NCBI GenBank assembly: GCA_963662945.1
Contig: OY759974.1
Span: 961,436-1,025,435 of the forward strand
DNA from: Arcobacteraceae bacterium
Lineage (GTDB): Bacteria > Campylobacterota > Campylobacteria > Campylobacterales > Arcobacteraceae
DNA: 64,000 bases
Direction of reading: 5' to 3'
The notes under the pieces are model-generated. The model saw only the letters and a program-made list of their open reading frames with translations, had not been told where the DNA came from and made no database searches. A program made the translations under genes and the position numbers. Shown piece by piece: positions 10,616 through 21,144 of the stretch; the first letter of the stretch is position 1, and the number at the start of each line of letters is the position of its first letter.

Positions 10616-10679
10616 TTCAGTCCTATTTTATTTAAAAGTATTTTTATCGATTTTACCTAAAATATGCTGAAATAAATTG

Positions 10680-11054
10680 CTAATGAAACAGTGAGTTTAA
10701 TAAATTTTGAATATCTTTTGTCAATTTTTTTACTTTGCCATCAACTACCAGTACCAATAAAACAGTTGTACTAAATAAAAGTTCTTTTTCTCTATAAATT
10801 TCATGAAAAAGTTCAAAAGAAGCACCTTTCATTTGTGTCACTTTTGTTGTTACTTCAATTACATCTCCGAACTTTGCACTAGATATAAAGTCACAACTCA
10901 TTTTACGAACAACAAAATGTGCTCCATCAACTATAGGCAACATCTCTTTTCTAAAAAAATACTCACTTCTAGCTCTCTCACAAAAGTTTAAATAATTGGA
11001 ATGATAAACTATTCCACCTGCGTCTGTATCTTCGTAATAAACTCTTATTTGCAC
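10680..11054 (-). CDS. ybgC: YbgC/FadM-type hotdog acyl-CoA thioesterase
   Basis: 124 aa. N-terminal RVYYEDTDAGGIVYHSNYLNFCERAR signature. Confidence 0.75.
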   Translation of the reverse strand: MQIRVYYEDTDAGGIVYHSNYLNFCERARSEYFFRKEMLPIVDGAHFVVRKMSCDFISSAKFGDVIEVTTKVTQMKGASFELFHEIYREKELLFSTTVLLVLVVDGKVKKLTKDIQNLLNSLFH

Positions 11055-11114
11055 TTTATAAATCCTTTATTTATTATTGTATTATTTTACTTCAACAATC
11101 TTTTAAATTGCAAA

Positions 11115-11567
11115 CTAAAGTATCTTAAATCTATATTTGCTAATAAATTGGGTAGGAAGTACAATCCCAATAGCAATAGCTCCAAATACCATCCATGTTC
11201 TTAACCCATAATGCAAAGATTGTATAATAATATCTTGATTCATAATCTGATGAGTTGATATTTGAATCAAACCTATCATAGCTTTATATGCATTGATTGT
11301 AGGAACTAAGACGATAGAACTACTAATAGCATAAACCAAAATTGGTATATTTTGTTTATGAGTGAAATATAAACACATAATCCCGATACAAAATGCTGCA
11401 ACAAATGTTGAAAATTCTAAACTAAAACCATATTTTAGCATATTTTTTTTAACAAGGACAGCAACTATTCCAATAAGAACAATAGGGATTAGTGCTCGCT
11501 TTGGGGCATTAAAAAGTATTGCAAAAGCCAAAGAAACAAATAAACCTATAAAAATATCAAGTATCAT
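11115..11567 (-). CDS. Threonine/serine exporter family protein (ThrE C-terminal/YjjB-like membrane subunit)
   Basis: 150 aa, four hydrophobic helices, 4-nt overlap with the upstream YjjP-like gene. Confidence 0.55.
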   Translation of the reverse strand: MILDIFIGLFVSLAFAILFNAPKRALIPIVLIGIVAVLVKKNMLKYGFSLEFSTFVAAFCIGIMCLYFTHKQNIPILVYAISSSIVLVPTINAYKAMIGLIQISTHQIMNQDIIIQSLHYGLRTWMVFGAIAIGIVLPTQFISKYRFKIL

Positions 11568-12325
11568 AAAAAATTCTCCACACCTAAAATATTTAATGCC
11601 AATGTTATCCCTATTGCAATAGCAAAAGAAACAATAACACCCCTTACTCCCCTAATAAAACCTGTAGTATAGTGTCGTTTTGTAAGATCGTTAACAGAAT
11701 TGATAAATGCAACACTTGGAACTAAAAAGAGTATTGAAGATGCAATAGCAATATGTGCTGTATCATTATGTAAATTCAAAAGACCAGAAATCATAGTTGT
11801 TGTAAATGCTACTAACATAATTACAATAAAAGGATTAAAGTATCGTTTTAACATAAAACCATTAAGATAAAATCCAATATAAGAAGCTATAAAAGTAGTG
11901 ATGAATATATAAATATCTCCACCGAAAAGTAAACTAAAAAAAGCACATCCAATACCTGCCATAATATTTCTTTGGTAATAAGGATAGATAAAACTGAAAT
12001 TGTTTTCATCTTTAAGTTTTGCTGTTAATTGTAGAATATCTGATGTAGCGTCCATATCTTCTATCATTGTTTCTACTTTATCAAGTGCACTAAAGTTTAC
12101 ATCTTGTCTCTCTGCCCTTTGTAATTTAACATTATAAACTGTTTCCTCCGAAGGAAGACTAAGCAATATAACATTAGGAAGAATAAGTATCTCAATATCA
12201 TTGTAAGCTAATTTTGAAGCAGCTTTTTTTATACTTGTTTCAACTAGTTCCGTCTCTGCACCGTGTTGTAAAAGTAATTTTCCTATTTGTGATAAGAAAT
12301 CTATTATTTGTTTCTCTTTGACCAT
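11564..12325 (-). CDS. Threonine/serine exporter family protein (ThrE/YjjP-like)
   Basis: 253 aa. Soluble N-terminal part (LLQHGAETELVE) followed by five hydrophobic helices. Paired with the small downstream subunit. Confidence 0.6.
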   Translation of the reverse strand: MVKEKQIIDFLSQIGKLLLQHGAETELVETSIKKAASKLAYNDIEILILPNVILLSLPSEETVYNVKLQRAERQDVNFSALDKVETMIEDMDATSDILQLTAKLKDENNFSFIYPYYQRNIMAGIGCAFFSLLFGGDIYIFITTFIASYIGFYLNGFMLKRYFNPFIVIMLVAFTTTMISGLLNLHNDTAHIAIASSILFLVPSVAFINSVNDLTKRHYTTGFIRGVRGVIVSFAIAIGITLALNILGVENFL

Positions 12326-12512
12326 TAAATCATGCCTTTTTATAAAAATGACATTATACTTGAAATTTTATACATAATCACCAAAAAAACTATTAATATA
12401 TATAAAAAATATTTTTTACATTTTCTGTAAATAAATTTTATAAGTTATTGTTGAAATAAGATATTTAAAGGTATAATTCGTTTATAAATTCTCAATATTT
12501 CAAGGTGTTTTT

Positions 12513-12902
12513 GTGTCTATTTTTGCTTTACAATCCTTAGCAGGTGGATTTTTAGATGAAGATTTAAACCACTTTAACAAAATTTTCGATGATTGGTGTG
12601 TTCAATTTGAGAGTTATGATGATGCAATGACCATATTACAAACTCTTGAAAATAAAGAAAATATAGTTGTTGTTGAGATAACACCATTAAGTTACCCAAA
12701 ATATTTTTTTAAATCTTTACAAGGTACCGTTTATTTAACACGACAAATTGAAGACAAAATTATCTGTGCTGTAGAACCATTTATGGGTTCTAGCTTTAAA
12801 ATTGCCATATGTGATCTTAAAACAAAAAATGTAAGATTTACAAAAACAAACTATAAAACTATTACAAGTATTGAAGCTGCTTTTAGCAACTTTAGTGAGT
12901 AA
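12513..12902 (+). CDS. Hypothetical protein (GTG start)
   Basis: 129-aa ORF with no recognised motif. It fills the gap, and no competing ORF is present. Confidence 0.4.
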   Translation: MSIFALQSLAGGFLDEDLNHFNKIFDDWCVQFESYDDAMTILQTLENKENIVVVEITPLSYPKYFFKSLQGTVYLTRQIEDKIICAVEPFMGSSFKIAICDLKTKNVRFTKTNYKTITSIEAAFSNFSE

Positions 12903-12981
12903 TAGTTTTCATTAAGGATGAAAGTAATATAGGTATGTTAATATCTAAACTATTAGTTATACAAAAAAACAAGGAGTTAAT

Positions 12982-13773
12982 ATGGATAAGAGGATTATTA
13001 ACGGTTTAGAGGTACAAACTTACGGTAAAGATATCAATCAATCTATAGTTTTCATACATGGATTTCCTTTTGACCATACACTTTGGAATAATGTAATCGA
13101 TGAACTTAAAGATGCATATTACTGTATATCTTATGATATCAGAGGTTTTGGTAACTCCGAGTATAATACAGGACAATACACAATGGAAAGTTATGTAGAA
13201 GATTTAGAGAACATAATCTCTAAATTAAAGTTAAATAAACCTATCATTTGTGGATTTTCTATGGGTGGATATATTGCACTAAGGATAAATGAAAAACAAC
13301 CAAAAAATTTTAAAGCATTAATACTTGCAAATACAACTACAACTAGTGATAACGATGATGCAAAACTAAAACGTTCTAGTGCTATTTCTAGTATTGATAA
13401 GGAGGGAATCGAACCTTTTTTAGAAACGTTTTTTTCAGTTGCTTTTAGTGAAAACTACACTAAAAATGAATCTCTAACACTTAAAAAACTTAAAGATAAA
13501 ATTATGAACTTTAATCCTCTGGGAATCAAAGGTGGTTTTTTGGCTATGATTAGTAGAATGGATACAACCGAAAGCTTAAAAAAGATCGAGATTCCTGTAC
13601 TGTTAATAACTGCAGAAAATGATAAAGTTATATCTCCAGATATTATGGAGCAAATGGCAAGCAAAATCAACAATAGTACCTTTGTATCTTTAAATAATAG
13701 TGGCCATTTAAGTATGCTTGAAAATCCAGTTCAATTTAATAATGCTATTAGTAAATTTTTAGAAACTATTTAG
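12982..13773 (+). CDS. Alpha/beta hydrolase
   Basis: 263 aa. HGFPFD oxyanion region, GFSMGG nucleophile elbow, C-terminal SGHLSMLE histidine. AAGGAG is upstream of the ATG. Confidence 0.8.
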   Translation: MDKRIINGLEVQTYGKDINQSIVFIHGFPFDHTLWNNVIDELKDAYYCISYDIRGFGNSEYNTGQYTMESYVEDLENIISKLKLNKPIICGFSMGGYIALRINEKQPKNFKALILANTTTTSDNDDAKLKRSSAISSIDKEGIEPFLETFFSVAFSENYTKNESLTLKKLKDKIMNFNPLGIKGGFLAMISRMDTTESLKKIEIPVLLITAENDKVISPDIMEQMASKINNSTFVSLNNSGHLSMLENPVQFNNAISKFLETI

Positions 13774-13869
13774 ACTTATTTGTACCTTATAAACCTTTTT
13801 ATAATAATATAATGATATTATTTCTAAAATTAGAGATTAAGTGAAACAATAATAAGGAAGGATTACCAC

Positions 13870-14394
13870 TTGAGAAATAAGTCAATTTTATTAAAAACTG
13901 TCATAATTATATTGTGTTCTTTTTTAATGACAGGTTGTTCAGATGATAAAAAAAGTGAAAAAAAGACAAAAGAATATAGTTATTTTTATCCTGCAAAAGA
14001 TACATTAAAAGAGATTACTAAACACGAAACTATTTATATACCTGTATATTCTCATGTTTATACTTCAGAAGAAAAATATGAAAGAATGGGAATCACTTTA
14101 AGTATACGAAATACTGATATGGCAGAAAATATGCTAGTAGAAAATATATCTTATTTCAATACAGCTGGTGATTTAATTGAAACATATATCTCTAAACCAC
14201 ATATATTAACACCTATGGCTTCGATTGATTTTGTGGTAGACTTAAAAGATATGAGAGGTGGTTCTGGAGCGAATTTCATTATCAAATGGGCTGCTTCAGA
14301 AACTCTTTCTAGACCAGTTATTCAAGCAGTTATGGTCAATAATTCTGGAAATAGAGCTTTCTCTTTTATTACAGATGGCACTATTGTTAAATAA
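13870..14394 (+). CDS. Lipoprotein, DUF3124-like
   Basis: 174 aa. Lipobox LMTGC and the motif IYIPVYSHVY, which I associate with DUF3124. TTG start as given in the track. Confidence 0.55.
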   Translation: MRNKSILLKTVIIILCSFLMTGCSDDKKSEKKTKEYSYFYPAKDTLKEITKHETIYIPVYSHVYTSEEKYERMGITLSIRNTDMAENMLVENISYFNTAGDLIETYISKPHILTPMASIDFVVDLKDMRGGSGANFIIKWAASETLSRPVIQAVMVNNSGNRAFSFITDGTIVK

Positions 14395-14407
14395 GCGTAA
14401 TAATAAA

Positions 14408-14809
14408 ATGAAGAAACTAATCATACTAACACTTATTTTAACCCAATCAATTTTTGCTGATGGACTAAAAACTATTAATGCAATTTCAGATATCCCAAAA
14501 AATAAAAATGTTGTGTTAATTTTTTCTATGCAATTTTGTCCTTATTGTATTAGACAAGAAAAAAGTATTTTAAATAAAGTACAGCCTCAATTCAGTAATA
14601 TTGAATATCTTAAAGTTATGAGAGGGACAAAAGTTTTTCAAGAACTTATTGAAACTGGAAATTTTGGAGAAGTTGAATATTATCCCACAACATTTATTTT
14701 AAAAGTTGATCAAGAAAATCAAATCGACGTAAAATTTCCATTTAAAGGATTTCAAAAATCTAGTAATCTTATCAATGTATTAAATGACAAAGAGATAATG
14801 ACAGATTAA
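14408..14809 (+). CDS. Periplasmic thioredoxin-fold protein (CxxC)
   Basis: Start moved to ATG 14408 (MKKLIILTLILTQSIFA signal peptide). CPYC redox motif within FSMQFCPYCIRQE. The 14258 start in the track would overlap the upstream gene. Confidence 0.65.
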   Translation: MKKLIILTLILTQSIFADGLKTINAISDIPKNKNVVLIFSMQFCPYCIRQEKSILNKVQPQFSNIEYLKVMRGTKVFQELIETGNFGEVEYYPTTFILKVDQENQIDVKFPFKGFQKSSNLINVLNDKEIMTD

Positions 14810-14812
14810 ATT

Positions 14813-15751
14813 TTATAGAAAATTTTTCAATGCTTTTTTAGTCAATGATGAAATTGGCATTGTATCAATTTCATCTAAATCAATCCAAATAATTTCATCT
14901 GTTAAATCCTCTACTTTATAAAGCTTAACACTTAAACGATATTTTGTATAGCTATGTTTAAATTCCCCTATAAAATTTTCCTCTATTGGGTCAACTGTTG
15001 GTAACTCTAACATCTCTTTATACATTTTTCCTGTTGTTTTTACTAGAGCTACTTTTCTATTTTGAGTATGGAGTGCATAAAATAAATCTAATGACTCATA
15101 CTCTTTTTTCTTTTTTTGTGTATAAAGTTCTGGATTAACTTTCCCACTACATTCCATATATAAAGGACACTCTTCACATAAAGGATTTGTAGGGGTACAA
15201 ACCATTGAACCTAAATCCATCAATGCTAGATTGTGTTTTGTTGGCTCTTTAATATTTAAAAACTTATCTGCATTTTCCCATATTAGTGTATCTACTACCT
15301 CAATAAGAGCAAAATAACGTTTCAAAACTCTTGCTATATTTGTATCAACTACACTTACTTTTTGATGATATCCAAAACTACAAATTGCACTTGCAGTATA
15401 TTTTCCAATACCTGGAAGTTTTTGAAGTGCATCCATATTACAAGGTATTGTATCCACGCATAGTTGTGCTGTTTTATGAAGATTACGAGCCCTTGAATAA
15501 TAACCAAGCCCACTCCAACAAGATAACACTTCATTTAAATTAGCATTTGAAAGAGATTGTAAAGTTGGAAATTTCTCTAAAAACCTTGGATAATATTCAC
15601 TTTCCACTCTATTCACTTGAGTTTGTTGAAGCATTATTTCACTTAAATAGATATGGTAAATTTCATTGGTATTTCGCCATAAAAGATGATGACGTCCAAA
15701 TTTTTCATACCATTCTAAGAGTCTTGTGTGTTCTTTTGAAAAATTATCCAT
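14813..15751 (-). CDS. mutY: A/G-specific adenine DNA glycosylase
   Basis: 312 aa. HhH-GPD region (LSEIMLQQTQV, LPGIGKYTA) and a 4Fe-4S cluster loop CTPTNPLCEECPLYMEC. Confidence 0.85.
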   Translation of the reverse strand: MDNFSKEHTRLLEWYEKFGRHHLLWRNTNEIYHIYLSEIMLQQTQVNRVESEYYPRFLEKFPTLQSLSNANLNEVLSCWSGLGYYSRARNLHKTAQLCVDTIPCNMDALQKLPGIGKYTASAICSFGYHQKVSVVDTNIARVLKRYFALIEVVDTLIWENADKFLNIKEPTKHNLALMDLGSMVCTPTNPLCEECPLYMECSGKVNPELYTQKKKKEYESLDLFYALHTQNRKVALVKTTGKMYKEMLELPTVDPIEENFIGEFKHSYTKYRLSVKLYKVEDLTDEIIWIDLDEIDTMPISSLTKKALKNFL

Positions 15752-15761
15752 ATAAATTTAA

Positions 15762-16319
15762 TTAACAAAAATCTGCTAATAATCCAGATTTTAAAGAGTT
15801 ATAAACCTCATCACCTTTGTATTTTTTCACAATGTAAAGAGCAAAACACATAGCAGTACCCGGACCTCTAGAAGTTAGGATATTCCCCTCTTCAACTATT
15901 TTCTCATCAGGATGATAACCATCTAATCTAATATCTTCCTCAACTGATGGATAACAAGTATAATTTTGAGATAATACACCCGCACTATTTAAAGCATAGG
16001 GTGCTGCACAAATTGCTGCTATATCTTTGTTTTTACTATTCATCTCTTTTAATAAGTTTTGAACAGAGCTATCTTGAGCTAATAACTTTGTACCACCCCA
16101 ACCACCAGGTAATAAAATCATATCAATATCTTCTGAAGTGATATTTTCAATACTCATATCTGCTATAACTTTTATATTATGAGCACCTTGAACTTCCAAA
16201 TTATCTTCTAACGATGCTGTAATAACATTAATTTCTGCTCGTCTTAAAACATCTATTAAACTTATAGCTTCTATCTCTTCAAACCCTGTAGCAATTGGTA
16301 TTAAAATAGTTTTCATCAT
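15762..16319 (-). CDS. DJ-1/PfpI family protein
   Basis: 185 aa. Nucleophile elbow AAICAAP and LPGG motif. Confidence 0.8.
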   Translation of the reverse strand: MMKTILIPIATGFEEIEAISLIDVLRRAEINVITASLEDNLEVQGAHNIKVIADMSIENITSEDIDMILLPGGWGGTKLLAQDSSVQNLLKEMNSKNKDIAAICAAPYALNSAGVLSQNYTCYPSVEEDIRLDGYHPDEKIVEEGNILTSRGPGTAMCFALYIVKKYKGDEVYNSLKSGLLADFC

Positions 16320-16343
16320 ATTCTCCTAGTTGTAAAAATACTA

Positions 16344-16934
16344 TTATATTAATAGTCCACTTCCAATTACATTATAGGTTACATTTAGTATCTTATCATC
16401 GATTTTTACACCGCCTATAGCACCAACTGGATGTTTTGATATTTTTGCTAAATATGAGATATTATCTCCTAAGATATGCGATACATCTTTAGTATTTGTA
16501 GCCCGATATGCACCAAGACCAATATAATCTAAATCTAATCTATTGGCTCTTAAAATCTCTTTTTCATTATGGGTAGAAAGACCAAAAATTTTATTTGGAT
16601 ATTTTTTTCGTAAAAATTTAAAGAGTAACTCTTCATTATTGATTTTCAACTCTTTATTTTTAACTCTTTCTAAATCCTCTTGCCCCAAATGCAATCCATC
16701 TGCTACTTCTAAAAGTTCTAATTTATCATTAATAATAGTAGGAATATTTGTAAGTGATTTTAATAAAAGAATATTTTGTTTTTGAACTTCAATAGAGTTT
16801 ATTTTATCTCTATATTGAATATATACGATGTTATATCTTGAAATATGCTGTAAATATTGAGAAAGTGTGAAATTGAATTTATTTAATAATTCAATATCAC
16901 ATAAAGCATAAATCGGTGTATTATGCAACGGCAT
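16344..16934 (-). CDS. thiE: Thiamine-phosphate synthase
   Basis: 196 aa. Motifs [27 protein letters not shown] and AIGG. Confidence 0.72.
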   Translation of the reverse strand: MPLHNTPIYALCDIELLNKFNFTLSQYLQHISRYNIVYIQYRDKINSIEVQKQNILLLKSLTNIPTIINDKLELLEVADGLHLGQEDLERVKNKELKINNEELLFKFLRKKYPNKIFGLSTHNEKEILRANRLDLDYIGLGAYRATNTKDVSHILGDNISYLAKISKHPVGAIGGVKIDDKILNVTYNVIGSGLLI

Positions 16935-17808
16935 CTTTATAGAAAAGTTTTAATAAGTCATGTAAAGTTTGTTTCATCTCATTTCTTTGAGTTACCATAT
17001 CAATACTTCCATGTTCAAGTAAAAATTCTGCTTTTTGGAAACCATCTGGTAGATCTTTTCCAATTGTTTGTTTAATAACTCTTGCACCTGCAAAACCTAT
17101 TAGTGCTCCTGGTTCTGCCATAATAATATCACCAAGGAATGCAAAACTTGCACTCACCCCACCAAATGTTGGGTCAGTTAAAATTGAAATAAAAGGCAAT
17201 CCTTCATTATCAAGTTTTCTAAGTGCAGCACTTGTTTTAGCCATCTGCATTAAAGAAAAAGTAGATTCTTGCATTCTAGCTCCACCTGAAGCACTTACAA
17301 TAATCACACCTTGTCTTTTTTCAATAGCTCTATTACAAGCTCGAACTATCTTTTCACCTTCAACAGAACCTAAACTTCCACCTAAAAATGAAAAATCAAA
17401 AACTACAAGCTGTACTGCAACTCCACCAATAGTACATTCACCACCAACAACTGATGATGTTTTACCTGTTTTATGTAAAGCTTCTTCTAGTCTTTTTTGA
17501 TACGATTTACTATCTACAAAAGATAAAGGGTCTGTAGGGTGTAATTCACTATCAAACTCTACAAAACTTCCCTCATCTGCAAGTAAATCAATTCTTTTCT
17601 TTGCCCCAATTCTCATATGAAAATTACATTTAGGACATACATGATTTAAATTTTCAACCTCTTTAAAAAACATTAATGATTCACAAGATGGACACTTTAC
17701 CCAATGACTCTGATTTTCTATAAATTTAGGGTCATTTTTTTGTTTCTCTTGTTTTTCTAAAACTTCATTTTTTATTTTATTAAAAAAATTTTTTAAATTT
17801 AAATCCAT
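16921..17808 (-). CDS. accD: Acetyl-CoA carboxylase carboxyltransferase beta subunit
   Basis: 295 aa. Zinc ribbon CPSC...CPKC followed by the carboxyltransferase domain ([20 protein letters not shown]). Confidence 0.9.
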   Translation of the reverse strand: MDLNLKNFFNKIKNEVLEKQEKQKNDPKFIENQSHWVKCPSCESLMFFKEVENLNHVCPKCNFHMRIGAKKRIDLLADEGSFVEFDSELHPTDPLSFVDSKSYQKRLEEALHKTGKTSSVVGGECTIGGVAVQLVVFDFSFLGGSLGSVEGEKIVRACNRAIEKRQGVIIVSASGGARMQESTFSLMQMAKTSAALRKLDNEGLPFISILTDPTFGGVSASFAFLGDIIMAEPGALIGFAGARVIKQTIGKDLPDGFQKAEFLLEHGSIDMVTQRNEMKQTLHDLLKLFYKDAVA

Positions 17809-17839
17809 ATAGTTGCCTTTTATATTTTAGTGTGATATT

Positions 17840-19063
17840 TTATCTCAAATTTTGAAATTTTTCAAGTTCATCAAGTTTTTCCCACGGATAATCAGGTTGA
17901 CCAACTTGTCCTCTTGCAGCTACATCTGCATAAAGGAAAGTATCTGCACTTGGGTGGTCAAGATTAAACTTTCTTGTAATCCAATTTGGAGTAAGTGGAA
18001 AATTATTTTCAACAAATGTAGATAAGGCATCATCATTTAATGATGTATATGTTCCATAAGTATCCACTGCAACAGAAGTTGGACGTGCAACTCCAATTGC
18101 ATAAGAGATTTGTACTACACATTTTGTAGCAAGTCCAGCTGCAACTATATGTTTTGCAATATATCTTGCAGCATATAATCCACTTCTATCAACTTTTGTA
18201 TAGTCTTTAGAACTTTGAGCTCCTCCACCTATTGGAGAATATCCACCAAAACTATCAACGATAAGTTTTCTACCTGTTAAACCACTATCATGTAAACTAG
18301 AGTGAGATACATATTTTCCTGTTGGATTTATATGGATAATACACTCATCTTTATTATATAGTTCAGTTGGTAATCCTGTTTCATCAATAAGTTTTTGAAT
18401 TAAAATTCTTACTGTTTGAATATCCATAGATGCTACACAAGGTGCACTTACAACTATAGTATCTATTTTTTGTGGTTGTGATTTTTCAAAATTTTCTTTA
18501 CAACCATAATCCATAGTAACTTGTGTTTTAATATCAACACCAAGTTCACTTGGATTTGCTAAAGCATAGTCATATACTTTTTGCATTAACATTCTTGCAT
18601 ATGTAATAGCACTTGGCATATAGTTTTCAGTTTCACAATCTGCGTAACCAAACATAATACCTTGATCACCAGCACCTGTTTCACCATCTTCTTGATCAAC
18701 ACCTTGGTTAATGTCAGGTGATTGTCTGTTTAAAAGTACTTGTACTTCAACATCTTCAGGGTGTAAACACTCTTGCTTTGAAAAATATGGATTACCGTTG
18801 TATCCAATTTTTGCTAGTGCATCATGTACAATTTGTATATACTCTTCAGTTGTTACTTTTGTTGCACTTGTAACTTCTCCACCTATAACTACATGTTTTC
18901 CAGCCACAAATACTTCACTTGCAACTCTTGATTTAGCATCACCAATAATAAGTTTATCAACTATACTATCTGCTATAATATCTGCACATTTATCTGGATG
19001 TCCTGGGCTTACTACTTCACTTGTAAATAAGTAATGATTTTTTGCGTGTTGTTTGTTTTCCAT
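17840..19063 (-). CDS. metK: S-adenosylmethionine synthase
   Basis: YLFTSEVVSPGHPDKCADI near the N-terminus, GAGDQGIMFGYA and GGGAQSSKD. I prefer ATG 19063 (MENKQHAKNHYLFTSE) over the upstream TTG 19093 used in the track. Confidence 0.92.
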   Translation of the reverse strand: MENKQHAKNHYLFTSEVVSPGHPDKCADIIADSIVDKLIIGDAKSRVASEVFVAGKHVVIGGEVTSATKVTTEEYIQIVHDALAKIGYNGNPYFSKQECLHPEDVEVQVLLNRQSPDINQGVDQEDGETGAGDQGIMFGYADCETENYMPSAITYARMLMQKVYDYALANPSELGVDIKTQVTMDYGCKENFEKSQPQKIDTIVVSAPCVASMDIQTVRILIQKLIDETGLPTELYNKDECIIHINPTGKYVSHSSLHDSGLTGRKLIVDSFGGYSPIGGGAQSSKDYTKVDRSGLYAARYIAKHIVAAGLATKCVVQISYAIGVARPTSVAVDTYGTYTSLNDDALSTFVENNFPLTPNWITRKFNLDHPSADTFLYADVAARGQVGQPDYPWEKLDELEKFQNLR

Positions 19064-19164
19064 TTTTGTTTTCCATTCTTTTGTTTTCCGCAATAGTTTT
19101 TTTAAAAAATAAAAAAAGCCATCGTCTGTTTTCCATTCTTTTGTTTTCCATCTTTGTTTTCCAT
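19064..19164 (-). promoter_or_regulatory. metK leader with repeated ATGGAAAAC motifs, a 23-nt direct repeat and a 20-codon uORF (19164..19102)
   Basis: tgttttccattcttttgttttcc occurs at 19067-19089 and again at 19127-19149, exactly 60 nt apart. On the minus strand ATGGAAAAC occurs 5 times, with ATGs at 19164, 19151, 19136, 19076 and 19063. The uORF from 19164 reads MENKDGKQKNGKQTMAFFIF-stop. Confidence 0.35.
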
Positions 19165-19269
19165 TAATAATGAAAAGTAAAAATTTTAAATTAAAGTATG
19201 TATTCTACATAATTGTAAAAGTTTTGAATAGTAACAAAACAAAACTGTAAAATAGATTAGATGAAAAAA

Positions 19270-21081
19270 CTACTCTACAGTTACTGATTTTGCTAAATTT
19301 CTCGGCATATCCACATCATTACCAAGCCGTACACTTATCTCCATACTTAGAAGTTGTAATACAACTAACATTTCAAAAAATTCTAACATATAATGATCAG
19401 TTGGTTTTGTTTTAATAAAATCATCGCTAAGTTCAAACTCAAGTGGGCTAATAGCACATATTGTACTATCTCTAGCACTTAATTCTTCTACATTTGATTT
19501 AATTTTATCATAATGACAATGTTGTGGCATAAGTGCTATAGTAAAAAGTTCTGGGTCTGCTAAAGCTATTGGTCCGTGTTTCATCTCACCAGCAGGATAT
19601 CCTTCTGCATGAAGATAACTGATCTCTTTAAGTTTTAAAGCACCTTCTAGGGCAAGTGGATAAAATACATCTCGACCTATAAAGAAAAATCCATGTCCAT
19701 GAAGATATCTTTTTGATAGTCTTCTACACTTCTCATGTAATTTATCCTCAACAATAAGTGACTGTGGAACTTCTCTTAAAACTTTTAGTTGTTCTTGTAA
19801 TTCCTGTGTCGAGATTGTTTTATTTGCTTTCGCAAAATATAAAGCCATCATCCATAAAACAACTGTTTGTGTAGAAAATGCCTTTGTACTAGCTACCCCT
19901 TTTTCAATCCCTGCACGAGTTAGAACTGTTGCATCAGCTACTCTTGTCATAGAACTATTATCTACATTACAAACAGCTATACTTCTAAGTCCTGCTTTTT
20001 TTGCCATTTTTAAAGCTTCTAGTGTATCTGCTGTTTCACCACTTTGAGAAATAACAATAAAAAGTGTATCCTCTTTAAGCAATGGTTCTTTATATCTGAA
20101 TTCACTTGCAATTTCTACACTAGATCGTACTTTTGATAATCTTTCAAAAAGGTATGAAGCTGTTAATCCTGCATGATAAGAAGTACCGCAAGCACAAATT
20201 TTAATCTCATTAATACCTTTACAAATATCTTCTGTTAATTCTTCAAAATAGATTCCATCATCTTTTATACGTCCCAACATACTATCAGTTACCACATCAT
20301 GTTGCTCATAAATCTCTTTTTCCATAAAGAATCTAAAACCATCTTTTTGAGCAAACTGTTTTGAACTTGGTAATGTTGTCCATTTTACTTCTTGATTAAA
20401 TATAATATTTCCATCAACTGCATATCCACTTACTCCATCTTCTAAATAAACAACATCTTGTGCTAATCCAATCAATGGTGCATCTGAAGAAGCAAAAAGA
20501 ATTTCATCTTTATTATTTCCACGTGCTACAGCAAGTGGAGAACCGTGTTTCATAAAAAATATTGTATTTGGCTGTGATTTTGTAATAAGAAGTATTGAAT
20601 AAGCACCTTCAAGTCTAGCAATTGTATCTATAAAAGACTTTTTGGCATCATTTGTTTTATTAAAATAATATTCAAAAAGGTGTACTATAACTTCTGTATC
20701 TGTTTGAGATACAAACTTATGTCCTACACTTACAAGTTCATCTTTTAATTCTTTATAGTTTTCAATAATCCCATTGTGAACCACATAAGAATACTCTCCT
20801 AAATGTGGATGAGCATTCAGTTCAGTTGGTTTTCCATGAGTTGCCCATCGAGTGTGACCTATACCAATAGAAAAATTTATATTTTGTGAATCATAAGATG
20901 ATGTTTCTACTTTAGCTTCTAAATTTGCAATTTTTCCAACTGCTTTAAAAACATCTAGTTTGTCATTTTCTAATATTGCAATACCTGCACTATCATATCC
21001 TCTATATTCTAACTCTTTTAATCCATCTATTAATATTTTACTTGTATTTTGTTTTCCTATATATCCTACAATTCCACACAT
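19270..21081 (-). CDS. glmS: Glutamine--fructose-6-phosphate aminotransferase
   Basis: 603 aa. N-terminal MCGIVGY Ntn nucleophile, two SIS domains, C-terminal KSVTVE. Confidence 0.95.
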   Translation of the reverse strand: MCGIVGYIGKQNTSKILIDGLKELEYRGYDSAGIAILENDKLDVFKAVGKIANLEAKVETSSYDSQNINFSIGIGHTRWATHGKPTELNAHPHLGEYSYVVHNGIIENYKELKDELVSVGHKFVSQTDTEVIVHLFEYYFNKTNDAKKSFIDTIARLEGAYSILLITKSQPNTIFFMKHGSPLAVARGNNKDEILFASSDAPLIGLAQDVVYLEDGVSGYAVDGNIIFNQEVKWTTLPSSKQFAQKDGFRFFMEKEIYEQHDVVTDSMLGRIKDDGIYFEELTEDICKGINEIKICACGTSYHAGLTASYLFERLSKVRSSVEIASEFRYKEPLLKEDTLFIVISQSGETADTLEALKMAKKAGLRSIAVCNVDNSSMTRVADATVLTRAGIEKGVASTKAFSTQTVVLWMMALYFAKANKTISTQELQEQLKVLREVPQSLIVEDKLHEKCRRLSKRYLHGHGFFFIGRDVFYPLALEGALKLKEISYLHAEGYPAGEMKHGPIALADPELFTIALMPQHCHYDKIKSNVEELSARDSTICAISPLEFELSDDFIKTKPTDHYMLEFFEMLVVLQLLSMEISVRLGNDVDMPRNLAKSVTVE

Positions 21082-21144
21082 AATTGATAATACCTTTTAT
21101 AAAAATTAGGCTATTATACCCAAAAAAGAATTAATAGGTAGAAA

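Noticed and set aside
14258-14407. Long N-terminal extension of the thioredoxin-like ORF
   Set aside because: It overlaps the 3' end of the DUF3124-like gene in another frame. ATG 14408 begins a canonical signal peptide.
19064-19093. TTG start at 19093 for metK (MRKTKEWKTK...)
   Set aside because: MetK proteins start only a few residues before the xLFTSExVxxGHPDK motif, so ATG 19063 fits better. The extension falls in the repeat region. This remains uncertain.
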